Below, piece by piece: positions 1 through 9,916 of a stretch of DNA of 40,370 nucleotides. Each line of letters opens with the position of its first letter. Within the stretch, counting starts at the first letter, position 1. The stretch is taken from the NCBI GenBank assembly GCA_013044025.1, contig JABEVD010000125.1:1-40370 (forward strand), written 5' to 3'. This DNA is from Burkholderiales bacterium. GTDB lineage: Bacteria > Pseudomonadota > Gammaproteobacteria > Burkholderiales > JABEVD01. A program made the translations under genes and the position numbers. The notes beneath the pieces are model-generated. The model made no database searches. It had not been told where the DNA came from and was given only the letters and a program-made list of their open reading frames with translations.

Positions 1-24
1 ATCAAGAACCACTGAAAGAACAAG

Positions 25-1248
25 ATGAGCGAAATCAAGAAAGCAGTGCTCGCCTACTCGGGAGGGCTGGACACCTCCGTCATCCTCAAATGGCTTCAGG
101 ATACCTACGAATGCGAGGTCGTGACCTTCACGGCGGACATCGGCCAGGGAGAAGAACTGGAGCCGGCCAGGGCCAAGGCGCTGAAAATGGGCATCAGGCC
201 CGAAAACATCTATATCGACGACCTCAGAGAGGAATTCGTTCGCGACTTCGTGTTTCCGATGTTCCGTGCGCACACCCTCTACGAAGGAGAATACCTGCTC
301 GGCACTTCGATCGCGAGGCCGCTCATCGCCAAGCGCCAGATCGAGATCGCGAGAGAAACCGGAGCGGATGCCGTGAGCCATGGCGCAACCGGAAAGGGCA
401 ACGACCAGGTGCGCTTCGAACTCGGCTATTACAGCCTCGCCCCCGGAATCCGCATCATCGCTCCCTGGCGCGAATGGGATCTGCTCTCCCGCGAAAAGCT
501 GCTCGCCTATGCGGAAAAATCGGGCATCCCGATCGAAATGAAGCACAGGGCGGGAGGATCTCCCTATTCCATGGATGCGAACCTGCTGCACATCAGCTAC
601 GAAGGACGGCACCTGGAAGATCCTTCCGCAGAAGCGGAAGAATCGATGTGGCGCTGGACGGTTTCTCCCGAAGCTGCGCCTGATGAAGCGGAATATGTCG
701 ACATCGTCTTCGAACATGGCGACATCGTGGCCATAAATGGCGCGAAAATGACGCCTGCGGCAGTGCTTGCAGAACTCAACAGGATGGGCGGACGTCACGG
801 CGTAGGACGCCTCGATCTCGTGGAAAACCGCTATGTCGGCATGAAATCCCGCGGATGTTACGAAACCCCCGGCGGAACCATCATGCTGCGCGCGCACCGC
901 GCAATCGAATCGATCACGCTCGACCGCGAAGTCGCCCACCTCAAGGACGACCTGATGCCGCGCTATGCCAGCATGATCTACAATGGCTACTGGTGGGCGC
1001 CGGAGCGGATCGCGCTGCAGGCGCTGATCGACCACACCCAGCAGCATGTGAACGGATGGGTGAGGATCAAGCTCTACAAGGGCAACGTCACCGTGGTCGG
1101 CCGCGCCTCTTCATCCGACTCGCTGTTCGACCCCAATATCGCCACGTTCGAAGACGATCGCGGCGCTTACGACCAGAAGGACGCAGCCGGCTTCATCAAG
1201 CTGAACGCGCTGCGTCTCCGAATCGCATCCAGACTGAGGAACAAATGA
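25..1248 (+). CDS. argG: Argininosuccinate synthase
   Basis: 407-aa ORF with [12 protein letters not shown]-loop, [21 protein letters not shown] and [10 protein letters not shown] motifs. Confidence 0.98.
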   Translation: MSEIKKAVLAYSGGLDTSVILKWLQDTYECEVVTFTADIGQGEELEPARAKALKMGIRPENIYIDDLREEFVRDFVFPMFRAHTLYEGEYLLGTSIARPLIAKRQIEIARETGADAVSHGATGKGNDQVRFELGYYSLAPGIRIIAPWREWDLLSREKLLAYAEKSGIPIEMKHRAGGSPYSMDANLLHISYEGRHLEDPSAEAEESMWRWTVSPEAAPDEAEYVDIVFEHGDIVAINGAKMTPAAVLAELNRMGGRHGVGRLDLVENRYVGMKSRGCYETPGGTIMLRAHRAIESITLDREVAHLKDDLMPRYASMIYNGYWWAPERIALQALIDHTQQHVNGWVRIKLYKGNVTVVGRASSSDSLFDPNIATFEDDRGAYDQKDAAGFIKLNALRLRIASRLRNK

Positions 1249-1553
1249 GTCAATTCGACAATGTCAGCGTGGTGAAGAAATCCAACGTGTTTTTCGATGG
1301 AAAATGCGTGAGCCATACCCTGCTGTTTCCGGACGGAACCAGAAAAACGGTGGGCGTGATCCTGCCTTCCACCCTCACTTTCAACACGGCAGCACCGGAG
1401 ATCATGGAAATCCATTCCGGATCCTGCCGGGTGAAAATCGCGGACGGCGAGTGGCAGGACTGCAAGGCAGGGGAATCCTTCAGCGTTCCCGCGAACAGCC
1501 ATTTCGTGATCGAAACCTCCGGGCCGCTCGATTACGTCTGTCACTTCTGCTAG
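1245..1553 (+). CDS. ppnP: Pyrimidine/purine nucleoside phosphorylase (DUF1255 cupin)
   Basis: ATG overlaps the argG stop (ATGA); [25 protein letters not shown]...F.VPANSHF...DYVCHF is typical of PpnP/YaiE. Confidence 0.9.
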   Translation: MSQFDNVSVVKKSNVFFDGKCVSHTLLFPDGTRKTVGVILPSTLTFNTAAPEIMEIHSGSCRVKIADGEWQDCKAGESFSVPANSHFVIETSGPLDYVCHFC

Positions 1554-1561
1554 GAGAGAAC

Positions 1562-2050
1562 ATGCCCTCTTTCGACATCGTCTCGGAAGTCGACAAGACG
1601 GAGGTCAAGAACGCGGTCGAGCAGACCAACAAGGAAGTCGGCACCCGCTTCGATTTCAAGGGTTCCGACGCCCGCGTCGAGCAGGCCGAACTCGAGCTCA
1701 CCCTCTTCGCCGACAACGACTTCCAGCTCGGCCAGGTGCAGGACATCCTGAACGGCAAGCTCACCAGGCGCGGCGTCGACATCAAATGCCTGGAAGTTCC
1801 GGAAAAGATCAAGAAAATCAGCGGCAACAAGGTGAAGCGCACCTGCAAGGTGAAGGTCGGGGTGGAATCCGATCTCGCCAAAAGGATCGTCAAGCTGATC
1901 AAGGACAGCAAGATGAAGGTCCAGGCGAGCATCCAGGGCGACACGGTGCGGGTTTCCGGCGCCAAACGCGACGACCTGCAGGGCGCGATCGCCCTGGTGA
2001 AGAAGGGCGTCAGCGATTTCCCGCTGCAATTCCAGAATTTCAGGGACTGA
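1562..2050 (+). CDS. yajQ: YajQ family nucleotide/c-di-GMP-binding protein
   Basis: AGGAG RBS; [11 protein letters not shown]...RFDFKGS...[22 protein letters not shown]...LQFQNFRD. Confidence 0.96.
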   Translation: MPSFDIVSEVDKTEVKNAVEQTNKEVGTRFDFKGSDARVEQAELELTLFADNDFQLGQVQDILNGKLTRRGVDIKCLEVPEKIKKISGNKVKRTCKVKVGVESDLAKRIVKLIKDSKMKVQASIQGDTVRVSGAKRDDLQGAIALVKKGVSDFPLQFQNFRD

Positions 2051-2051
2051 G

Positions 2052-2591
2052 ATGAAGGTACTGATTCCGCTGGCGGAAGGCTTCGAGGAAATCGAGGCGG
2101 TCACCGTGATCGACCTGCTGCGCCGCGCAGGAATCGAAGTGACGAGCGCCGGGCTCGATAAAGGGCCGGTCGTGGCGAGCCGTGGCGTGGTGCTGATCCC
2201 GGACACCGAACTCGACTCGGTTCTCGATGCCGCATTCGACATGCTGGTGCTTCCGGGAGGCGCAGGAACGAAGCATTTGCGCGAGGACCCGAGAATCCTT
2301 TCCCTCGTGAAAAGGATGAATCAGGAAGGAAAATGGGTCGCCGCGATCTGCGCAGCTCCTTCCGTGCTCGCGGTATCCGGAATTCTCGAAGGAAGGCGCG
2401 CCACCTCGTTTCCAGGATCGCTGGAAGCTTGCGGACACCCCAACGAGGGAACCCCTCTTTTTCGGGACGGCAACATCGTCACTTCGCGCGGTCCGGGCAC
2501 CGCCATGGATTTCGCCCTGGAGCTCGTCGAAATCCTCTCGGGGCGGGAGAAGAGGCAGGAAGTCGAGGAAGGGCTCAAGCGAGATTTTTGA
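2052..2591 (+). CDS. DJ-1/PfpI family glyoxalase/deglycase (YajL/ThiJ-like)
   Basis: GFEEIEAVT, LVLPGG, AAICAAP nucleophile Cys, TSRGPGTA. Confidence 0.92.
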   Translation: MKVLIPLAEGFEEIEAVTVIDLLRRAGIEVTSAGLDKGPVVASRGVVLIPDTELDSVLDAAFDMLVLPGGAGTKHLREDPRILSLVKRMNQEGKWVAAICAAPSVLAVSGILEGRRATSFPGSLEACGHPNEGTPLFRDGNIVTSRGPGTAMDFALELVEILSGREKRQEVEEGLKRDF

Positions 2592-3270
2592 TCCAGGCGC
2601 CGTAAATCGTTGCCGCAATGCGGTTCAGATTGACAACCCTTTCCCCGAGTCCTTCCCGGATCGATTCGGCACCCTGAACGCTCTCCGAAAGATGCGCTTC
2701 GATTTCTGCAGCGCCATGCAGACACCAGGCCTCCACCATCTCCGAAGTCATTTCCACATGGCATTGCAGCCCGAGGTGCGGCCCCACCGCGAAAGCCTGG
2801 TTTTCGCACCATCGACTCGATAGCAGGCGCTTCGCCCCGGATGGAATGGAAAAGGTTTCCCCATGCCAGTGGAATGCCTCGAAGGAATCCAGTCCGCCGA
2901 ACCAGGGGCAATCCGCTTCGACCACGTCCACCCTGCCCCAGCCGATTTCGCGGAATTCGTTGCGGCCCACCGTGCCGCCCAACGCTTTGGCCATCAGTTG
3001 CCCGCCGAGACAATGCCCGAGAACCGGGATGTCCCGGTCCATCGCATCGCGGATGAGACGAAGGGAATGGGAAATCCAGGGAAGGTCGTCGTTCACGCTC
3101 ATCGGCCCGCCCATGAACACCAGGCCGGAATAAGGGGATGCGCTATGCGGCACCGCTTCCGCCCGGTCCACCTTGACGATTTCCCAGGGAATGGCCGATG
3201 CATCCAGAAATTCGCCCAGAAAACCAGCTCCCTCGGTTTTCGCATGACGAAAAATCACCACAGGTTTCAT
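2575..3270 (-). CDS. Type 1 glutamine amidotransferase-like protein
   Basis: MGGPMSVND, GHCLGGQL (Cys), WHGE and QCHVE (His-x-Glu). Confidence 0.9.
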   Translation of the reverse strand: MKPVVIFRHAKTEGAGFLGEFLDASAIPWEIVKVDRAEAVPHSASPYSGLVFMGGPMSVNDDLPWISHSLRLIRDAMDRDIPVLGHCLGGQLMAKALGGTVGRNEFREIGWGRVDVVEADCPWFGGLDSFEAFHWHGETFSIPSGAKRLLSSRWCENQAFAVGPHLGLQCHVEMTSEMVEAWCLHGAAEIEAHLSESVQGAESIREGLGERVVNLNRIAATIYGAWIKNLA

Positions 3271-3331
3271 ACGCGCCTCGCAAAATTTGCCACGGGAATC
3301 TTAGCCGAGCGTGGCCCGGTCCGCAATCCTC

Positions 3332-3340
3332 TGTTAAAAT
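3332..3340 (+). promoter_or_regulatory. Putative extended -10 promoter for aroC
   Basis: TGTTAAAAT (TGn+TAAAAT) 21 nt upstream of the aroC ATG. Confidence 0.45.
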
Positions 3341-3361
3341 CTGTTTTTTTCAGGAACGCCC

Positions 3362-4459
3362 ATGTCAGGAAACACCCTCGGTACGCTATTCACCGTCACC
3401 TCCTTCGGCGAAAGCCACGGACCTGCGATCGGCTGCGTCGTGGACGGCTGCCCGCCCGGAATGGAGCTTTGCGCGGAAGACATTCAGAAGGATCTCGACC
3501 GCAGGAAGCCGGGCACTTCGAGACATGTGACGCAGCGGCGCGAATCGGACAGCGTGGAGATCCTCTCCGGCGTATTCGAAGGAAAAACCACCGGCACCCC
3601 GATCGGACTCCTGATCCGCAACGAAGACCAGAGAAGCCGCGATTACGGCAACATCATGGACAGCTTCCGTCCCGGACATGCGGACTACACCTACCTGCAG
3701 AAATACGGGATCCGCGATCATCGCGGAGGTGGAAGATCTTCCGCACGCGAAACCGCAGTCCGGGTAGCTGCGGGCGCGATCGCAAAAAAGTGGCTCCACG
3801 AGCGGCATGGCGTGGTCATCCGCGGCCACCTCTCGAAGCTCGGCCCGATCGAAATTCCCTTCGTCTCCTGGGAAGAGGTGCAAGCCAATCCGTTTTTCGC
3901 GGCGAACGGGGCAATCGTCCCGGAACTGGAAGCCTACATGGATTCGCTGAGAAAATCCGGAGACTCGGTGGGCGCAGAAATCACGGTGGTCGCCGAAAAC
4001 ATGCAGGTGGGATGGGGCGAACCCGTCTATGACAGGCTGGATGCCGAAATCGCCTATGCCTTGATGAGCATCAATGCGGTGAAGGGAGTGGAAATCGGAG
4101 ACGGTTTCTCGGTCGTCGCGCAAAAGGGTAGCGAACACGGCGACGAAATGACCTCGGAAGGTTTTCTCAGCAACCATGCGGGCGGCATCCTGGGCGGCAT
4201 CTCGACCGGGCAGGACATCGTGGCGAGAATGGCGGTGAAACCCACTTCCAGCATCCGGCTTCAGAGGCGCAGCATCGACAAAACCGGTGCGGATACCCTG
4301 GTCGAAACCCATGGCAGGCACGACCCATGCGTGGGCATTCGCGCCACCCCGATCGCGGAAGCGATGCTCGCGATCGTGCTCATGGACCATGCGCTGCGGC
4401 ATCGTGCGCAGAATGCGGACGTGATCTGCGCCACGCCGAAACTCCACGGAAAAAGCTGA
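3362..4459 (+). CDS. aroC: Chorismate synthase
   Basis: [33 protein letters not shown] signatures. Confidence 0.98.
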   Translation: MSGNTLGTLFTVTSFGESHGPAIGCVVDGCPPGMELCAEDIQKDLDRRKPGTSRHVTQRRESDSVEILSGVFEGKTTGTPIGLLIRNEDQRSRDYGNIMDSFRPGHADYTYLQKYGIRDHRGGGRSSARETAVRVAAGAIAKKWLHERHGVVIRGHLSKLGPIEIPFVSWEEVQANPFFAANGAIVPELEAYMDSLRKSGDSVGAEITVVAENMQVGWGEPVYDRLDAEIAYALMSINAVKGVEIGDGFSVVAQKGSEHGDEMTSEGFLSNHAGGILGGISTGQDIVARMAVKPTSSIRLQRRSIDKTGADTLVETHGRHDPCVGIRATPIAEAMLAIVLMDHALRHRAQNADVICATPKLHGKS

Positions 4460-4460
4460 A

Positions 4461-5597
4461 ATTCCCTACTGGCACCTTTCCGGCTTCTATTTCGCCCATT
4501 TCGCGTTCATCGGCGCATTCACTCCATACTGGAGCCTTTACCTGAAATCGATCGATTTCAGCGCATTCCAGATCGGCATCGTGACTTCGGTGATGCAGGC
4601 GATGCGGATTTTCGCTCCCAATCTTTGGGGCTGGCTTGCCGACAGGACCGGAAAGCGCGCTTCCCTGGTGCGCATCGCCTCCTTCATCAGCCTCATTCTT
4701 TACACAGGCTATTTCTTCGGCAAAAGCTTCACCTGGATCTTCCTGGTGACCGCGCTGATGAGCTTCTTCTGGAGCGCCTGCCTGCCGCTCGTGGAAGCCA
4801 TCACGCTCAGCCACCTCCGCGGCAGCGTGGAAAAATACGGAATGATCCGCTCCTGGGGATCGGTGGGTTTCATTTTCGCCGTGATCGGACTCGGCTACCT
4901 GCTCGACAGGTTTCCCCTTTCCTCCCTGATTTGGGCGACGACCGGCTTCATGGCAGGCATGGTGATTTTCGCGAGAAGGATTCCGGAAGTGGAGGAACAC
5001 CATCACGAGGCCGAAGCGGTTCCCGTCCTCTCCATCCTCGGCAGGAGCGAAGTGATCGCGCTCTTCGCATCCTGCCTGCTGATGTCGGCCGCGCACGGCA
5101 TCTATTACGCATTCTATTCGATCTATCTCGCAGACCACGGTTACCTGAAAAGCAGCATCGGCTGGCTCTGGAGCATCGGCGTGATCTGCGAGATCGGCGT
5201 GTTCTTTTTCATGCCGAAGATCATGGCCAGATTTTCCCTGAAGGCCATTCTCGCCTTCAGCCTGGCTTGCGCAGTGGCGCGCTTTTTCATGATCGGCTGG
5301 GGGGTCGGGTTTCTATCCCTTCTGATCATCGCCCAGGTACTGCATGCAGCGACCTTCGGTTCGCACCATGCCGCGGCCATGGCAGCGATCCATCATTTTT
5401 TCAGGGGACGACACCAGTCGAGAGGACAATCCTTCTACACCAGCCTGGTATACGGCGTGGGCGGCACGCTGGGGGCATTCGCAGGAGGGCTTGCATGGGA
5501 AAGACTGGGGCCCGCCCCGACCTTCGGAATCGCCTCGCTCGCCGCGCTGGCAGGACTCGTCTGGCTCGGCGCGAAATTCAGGATTTCACCCGGATGA
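4461..5597 (+). CDS. MFS transporter (MFS_1-like/HcaT-like); start codon uncertain
   Basis: Many hydrophobic segments, WGWLADRTG motif A, RSWGSVGF. The frame is open upstream of the called GTG (4581) through IPYWHLSGFYFAHFAFIGAFTPYW, which looks like TM1; no ATG/GTG/TTG precedes it. Confidence 0.8.
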   Translation: MPYWHLSGFYFAHFAFIGAFTPYWSLYLKSIDFSAFQIGIVTSVMQAMRIFAPNLWGWLADRTGKRASLVRIASFISLILYTGYFFGKSFTWIFLVTALMSFFWSACLPLVEAITLSHLRGSVEKYGMIRSWGSVGFIFAVIGLGYLLDRFPLSSLIWATTGFMAGMVIFARRIPEVEEHHHEAEAVPVLSILGRSEVIALFASCLLMSAAHGIYYAFYSIYLADHGYLKSSIGWLWSIGVICEIGVFFFMPKIMARFSLKAILAFSLACAVARFFMIGWGVGFLSLLIIAQVLHAATFGSHHAAAMAAIHHFFRGRHQSRGQSFYTSLVYGVGGTLGAFAGGLAWERLGPAPTFGIASLAALAGLVWLGAKFRISPG

Positions 5598-7683
5598 TCT
5601 TGCTCACATCCGGAATCCTGCGCAGCGCCCGCATCACCTGGGCAAGATGCACGCGGTTGCTCACCTGCAGGGTGAAATTGATGTTGGTGTAGCTCCCCTC
5701 GCCTTCCATGCTGATGTTCTCGATGTTGGAACCGGCGGCGGCGATCTCCGCAGCCACCTTGGCGAGCACCCCTCTCTGGTTCCTGACTTCGAGCCGGATG
5801 CTGACGTCGAATTGCCGGGTGATGTCGCTGTCCCATTCCACATCCAGGCATTTCGCCGGATCGACCCGGCTCTTCCTGACGTAAGAACAATCGTGGGTAT
5901 GGATGGTGAGCCCCTGCTCCTTCTTGATGACGCCGAGGATGTCGTCGCCTGGAATCGGATAACAGCATTTTGCGAATTCGACCGCCATTCCTTCCGATCC
6001 GCGGATCACCAGCGGCGCGGGCTTTTCTTCCTGGGAAGCCCCTTCCCCGCTCAGGAGGCGCTTGGCGACCACGATCCCGAGCCTTCTGCCCAAGCCGATG
6101 TCGGTGAGGATGTCCTGCCTGGATTTTGCTCCGGTGTTCCTCAGGAGACGCTCCCATTTTCCATCGTCGATGGATTCGGAAGGGATTTTCAGGGCTGCGA
6201 ATGCCTGATTGAGCAACCTCTCCCCGAGCTGGGCGGACTGCTCGTACTGCATGGTCTTGAGATAATGGCGGATATGCGTCTTGGCCTTGCCGGTGATGAC
6301 ATATTCCAGCCAGTTCGGGTTGGGCTTGGCATAGGGCGCGGTGAGGATTTCCACCGTGTCGCCGTTCCTGAGATGGGTCCGCAACGGCTTCAGTTCGCCG
6401 TTGATCCGCACCGAAAGACAGCGACTGCCGATGTCGGTATGCACGCTGTAGGCGAAATCGACCGGCGTCGCTCCCTTGGGCAGCACCAGGATCTTTCCCT
6501 TCGGGGTGAACACATAGATTTCGTCCGGGAAAAGATCCACCTTCAGATGCTCCAGGAATTCGACCGAATCGGTGCTCTCTCCCAGCGATTCGAGCAGGCT
6601 TTGCAGCCACTGGTGGGTCTTCCTCTGCATCTCGTTCAGGTTCGATTCCGAACTCTTGTACAGCCAGTGCGACGCGACGCCGGATTCGGCGATCTTGTGC
6701 ATTTCCGCAGTCCGGATCTGGATCTCGATCGGGGTGCCGTAGGGGCCGAACAGCGAAGTGTGCAGCGACTGGTAGCCGTTCGATTTGGGCAGCGCGATGT
6801 AATCCTTGAATTTCCCGTGTATCGGCTTGTACAGGCTGTGCAATACGCCGAGCGCATGGTAGCAGGTCGGGATGTCCTTCACCACCACGCGGAATCCGTA
6901 GATGTCCTGCACCTCGGAAAAGCTCAACTGCTTTTCGACCATCTTGCGGTAGATGCTGTAGAGATGCTTCTCCCGCCCGGTGGTCTGCGCATCGATGCCG
7001 GCCTCCTTCAGCTTCTGCACGATGTTTTCCAGGATCTTGTCCACCACCTTGCGCCGGTTTCCCCGCGCCGCCTTGATCGCCTTGTTGAGCACGCGATAGC
7101 GAAGCGGGTAGAGATGCTTGAAGGAGAGGTCTTCGAGCTCCTGGTAGATGCTGTTGAGACCCATGCGGTTGGCGATCTGGGCATAGATCTCCAGCGTTTC
7201 CTTGGCGATGCGCTTTCTCTTGGCAGGATACATCGCGTCCAGCGTGCGCATGTTGTGCAGGCGATCGGCGAGCTTGATCAGGATGACGCGGACATCGCTC
7301 GCCATGGCGAGCAGCATCTTCCTGAAATTCTCCGCCTGCGCATCTTCCTTGGTCTGGAACTCGATCCTGTCGAGCTTGCTGACGCCGTCGACGAGATCGG
7401 CCACAGGCTGGCCGAACAGGTCGATGATCTGCCTTTTCGGCACGGAGGTATCCTCCATGACGTCATGCAGGAGCGCAGCACAAAGGGTCTGCGCGTCTAG
7501 CCGCCATTCCGCGAGAATGCCGGCAACGGCCAGGGGGTGGGAAATATAGGGCTCTCCCGATATCCTGAACTGCCCCCTGTGGGCCGCCTCGCTGAACCGG
7601 TAGGCGGCTTCGAGCTGCGCGGCGTCTTCCGGCCTCAGATAGCCGGCCATTCCGCGAATGGGAAGTTTTTCTTCTCCGGGCAA
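5578..7683 (-). CDS. spoT: Bifunctional (p)ppGpp synthetase/hydrolase
   Basis: HD hydrolase motifs (SGEPYISHP, ALLHDVMED), synthetase (KDYIALPKSNGYQSLHT), TGS (VFTPKG, DFAYSVHT), AKCCYPIPGD and ACT; gmk-rpoZ-spoT synteny. Confidence 0.95.
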   Translation of the reverse strand: MPGEEKLPIRGMAGYLRPEDAAQLEAAYRFSEAAHRGQFRISGEPYISHPLAVAGILAEWRLDAQTLCAALLHDVMEDTSVPKRQIIDLFGQPVADLVDGVSKLDRIEFQTKEDAQAENFRKMLLAMASDVRVILIKLADRLHNMRTLDAMYPAKRKRIAKETLEIYAQIANRMGLNSIYQELEDLSFKHLYPLRYRVLNKAIKAARGNRRKVVDKILENIVQKLKEAGIDAQTTGREKHLYSIYRKMVEKQLSFSEVQDIYGFRVVVKDIPTCYHALGVLHSLYKPIHGKFKDYIALPKSNGYQSLHTSLFGPYGTPIEIQIRTAEMHKIAESGVASHWLYKSSESNLNEMQRKTHQWLQSLLESLGESTDSVEFLEHLKVDLFPDEIYVFTPKGKILVLPKGATPVDFAYSVHTDIGSRCLSVRINGELKPLRTHLRNGDTVEILTAPYAKPNPNWLEYVITGKAKTHIRHYLKTMQYEQSAQLGERLLNQAFAALKIPSESIDDGKWERLLRNTGAKSRQDILTDIGLGRRLGIVVAKRLLSGEGASQEEKPAPLVIRGSEGMAVEFAKCCYPIPGDDILGVIKKEQGLTIHTHDCSYVRKSRVDPAKCLDVEWDSDITRQFDVSIRLEVRNQRGVLAKVAAEIAAAGSNIENISMEGEGSYTNINFTLQVSNRVHLAQVMRALRRIPDVSKIIRVKS

Positions 7684-7688
7684 GATGC

Positions 7689-7895
7689 CTACGCCTGCCC
7701 CTTGTTGAGAATTTCGAGCCCGACCTTACCGGCCGCGACTTCGCGCAGCGCGATCACGGTGGGTTTGTCGCGATGCGGTTCCACCATGGGATTCGATCCG
7801 TTGGCGATCTGCCTGGCGCGAATCGTCGCGGCCAGGGTGAGTTCGAAACGGTTGGGAATGTTTTCGAGACAATCGTCGATGGTGATGCGTGCCAT
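7689..7895 (-). CDS. rpoZ: RNA polymerase omega subunit
   Basis: [32 protein letters not shown]. Confidence 0.97.
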   Translation of the reverse strand: MARITIDDCLENIPNRFELTLAATIRARQIANGSNPMVEPHRDKPTVIALREVAAGKVGLEILNKGQA

Positions 7896-7905
7896 ATTGC
7901 TTCCT

Positions 7906-8514
7906 TCAGATGAGCTTTTGAATCAGTTCCTGGTGGCGGTCGAGCTGGCTCTTCATCCCGAGCCTTTCGGCCCGCACGATGGCGAAAAGATCCCGCTTCG
8001 CCTCCTCCATGTCGTCGTTAATGATAACATAATCGAATTCCCCGACATGCCCCATCTCCTCGCGCGCGGCTGCCACGCGGCGATCGATCACCTCCGCGCT
8101 GTCCTGGCCGCGTCCGGTGAGGCGCTGCCTGAGCGCCTCGATCGATGGAGGAAGGATGAAAATGCCGATGATGCCTTCGACCAGCTTCCTCACCTGGAGA
8201 GCGCCCTGCCAGTCGATTTCGAGCAGGATGTCGTTGCCTTTTCGGCGCTCCTCCTGGATCCATTTCTGCGAGGTTCCGTAATAATTTCCATGCACTTCCG
8301 CGCTCTCCAGGAATTCCCCCCTGCCCTGCATCTCGACGAATGCTTGCTTCGAAACGAAATGATAGTCCCGTCCGTCGATTTCGCCGGGCCTCGGCGCCCT
8401 CGTGGTGAAGGAGATGGAAAGATGGACGATGGGGTCCGCTTCGAGCAGCGCCCGCACCAGGCTGGTCTTGCCCGCGCCGGAAGGGGCGCTCACGATGAAA
8501 AGATTTCCGCTCAT
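7906..8514 (-). CDS. gmk: Guanylate kinase
   Basis: [10 protein letters not shown]-loop, [22 protein letters not shown]; start could also be 8526. Confidence 0.97.
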   Translation of the reverse strand: MSGNLFIVSAPSGAGKTSLVRALLEADPIVHLSISFTTRAPRPGEIDGRDYHFVSKQAFVEMQGRGEFLESAEVHGNYYGTSQKWIQEERRKGNDILLEIDWQGALQVRKLVEGIIGIFILPPSIEALRQRLTGRGQDSAEVIDRRVAAAREEMGHVGEFDYVIINDDMEEAKRDLFAIVRAERLGMKSQLDRHQELIQKLI

Positions 8515-8570
8515 GGCATTGTGCATCAAAATGGGTGATTTTAACGGGTTGTGTTGCGCACAGGAAGCTT

Positions 8571-9227
8571 TCAGTTCACTTCGAGCAGGAAAACATTCTC
8601 CAGGAGGCGGGTCAGGCCGCGCGTCCTGAATCTCGGGTTTGCTTCGAGCGCGTCGATCGAGGCGATTCTTTTCACTTCAGCGAATCCTCCGAAAAGCGCC
8701 TCCACTTCTTCTTCGGAAACGGAAAAAGGCGGCCCGCTCATTTCGCCCTGGTCGTATTCGAGCGCGATCAGCAGGACTTTCGTGCCGACCGGAAGGATTT
8801 TCGCCAGATGTTCCGCATAGCGCTCGCGCATTTCGGCAGGAAGGGCGATCAGGGAAGCGCGATCGTAGACCGCCCCCACCCCGGCAAGATCCTCTTCCTC
8901 CAGATCGAAGAAATCGCCGCACAGCACGCCGATTCCATCAGCTTCGCAGAATTCGAATTTTCCGATGTGACCATGGGAAGGCCGCATGCCGTTCTCCTCG
9001 AAAAAGGACTGGACCGCGAGGCTGCTGATTTCCACGCCCAGCACGCGATGATGCGCATCCCTGAGCCAGAGCAGATCGAGCGACTTTCCGCAAAGCGGGA
9101 CGAACACCTCGCAGCCTTGCGGCATGCCGAGTTGTTTCCAGAATTGTTGCAGATGCGGATTGAAATCCTCCTGATGAAATCCCGTCTCTTTTTTCTCCCA
9201 ACGTTCCAGCCAGAAATCTTTTTCCAT
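8571..9227 (-). CDS. tpm: Thiopurine S-methyltransferase
   Basis: GGAGG RBS before MEKDFWLERW; VFVPLCGKSLD, YDRASLIALP, GPPFSV. Confidence 0.94.
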   Translation of the reverse strand: MEKDFWLERWEKKETGFHQEDFNPHLQQFWKQLGMPQGCEVFVPLCGKSLDLLWLRDAHHRVLGVEISSLAVQSFFEENGMRPSHGHIGKFEFCEADGIGVLCGDFFDLEEEDLAGVGAVYDRASLIALPAEMRERYAEHLAKILPVGTKVLLIALEYDQGEMSGPPFSVSEEEVEALFGGFAEVKRIASIDALEANPRFRTRGLTRLLENVFLLEVN

Positions 9228-9314
9228 TTTTCCTCCCTGTCCACTTGTAGGCGGCGAGCCTGAGGTTATATCATGTTTTTTATACGCCACGGTTGCATTC
9301 TGGAGAAGAGCGCC

Positions 9315-9911
9315 ATGGAAGACAACATTTACGAAGCCCTGTACCGCTATACCCGCGCGCTTTCGGTTGCGCTGGGATTTCGCGACCAGATGACCCAGCT
9401 CCATTCGGAAAGGGTTCGGGCGCTTTCCGTCGAGCTCGGCAAGCGCTGCCGCCTGGACGAACAGGAGATCGAATCGCTGAAAGTGGGCTCTTCCTTTCAC
9501 GATATCGGCAAGATCGGCATTGCGGACCGGATCCTGCTCAAACCCGCCCCTTTCGACGACGACGAATGGAAGATCATGAAACGGCATCCGGAAATCGGAG
9601 AAAGAATCATGCTCTCCACCGGATTCGAAGGGGCCGAACTGGCCGCCCGAGTGATCCGCCACCATCACGAACATTACGACGGCGGCGGATATCCGGACGG
9701 GCTATCCTTCGAACAGATTCCGGTCTGCGCCAGGATCATCTCGATCGCCGACAGCTACGATGCGATGGCGGTGACCCGCGCCTATCACAGCGCGAGAAGC
9801 CACCAACAAATCATGGACATCCTGGAGCGGGAAACCGGCAGGAAGCATGATCCGGATCTGATGAGCATCTTCAGGGGATTCATCGAAAATAGCCAATTCC
9901 GGGCGGCCTGA
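9315..9911 (+). CDS. Stand-alone HD-GYP domain protein (putative c-di-GMP phosphodiesterase)
   Basis: HSERV, HDIGKIG, HHHEHYDGGGYPDGL, ADSYDAM; GGAG RBS before ATG 9315. Confidence 0.9.
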   Translation: MEDNIYEALYRYTRALSVALGFRDQMTQLHSERVRALSVELGKRCRLDEQEIESLKVGSSFHDIGKIGIADRILLKPAPFDDDEWKIMKRHPEIGERIMLSTGFEGAELAARVIRHHHEHYDGGGYPDGLSFEQIPVCARIISIADSYDAMAVTRAYHSARSHQQIMDILERETGRKHDPDLMSIFRGFIENSQFRAA

Positions 9912-9916
9912 AGCGC

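Noticed and set aside
5344-7500. 718-aa plus-strand ORF, and similar long antisense ORFs (10995-12581, 18540-19940, 20353-21792, 28215-29771, 38697-40205)
   Set aside because: They lie opposite well-supported genes, have no recognisable motifs and are expected shadows of GC-rich codon usage
8571-9674. Long N-terminal extensions in the ORF track (tpm 367 aa; likewise cysG 533 aa, moeA 465 aa, ppnP 232 aa, yajQ 248 aa) suggesting fusions
   Set aside because: The extensions overlap neighbouring real genes; internal starts with an RBS or stop/start overlap give normal-length proteins
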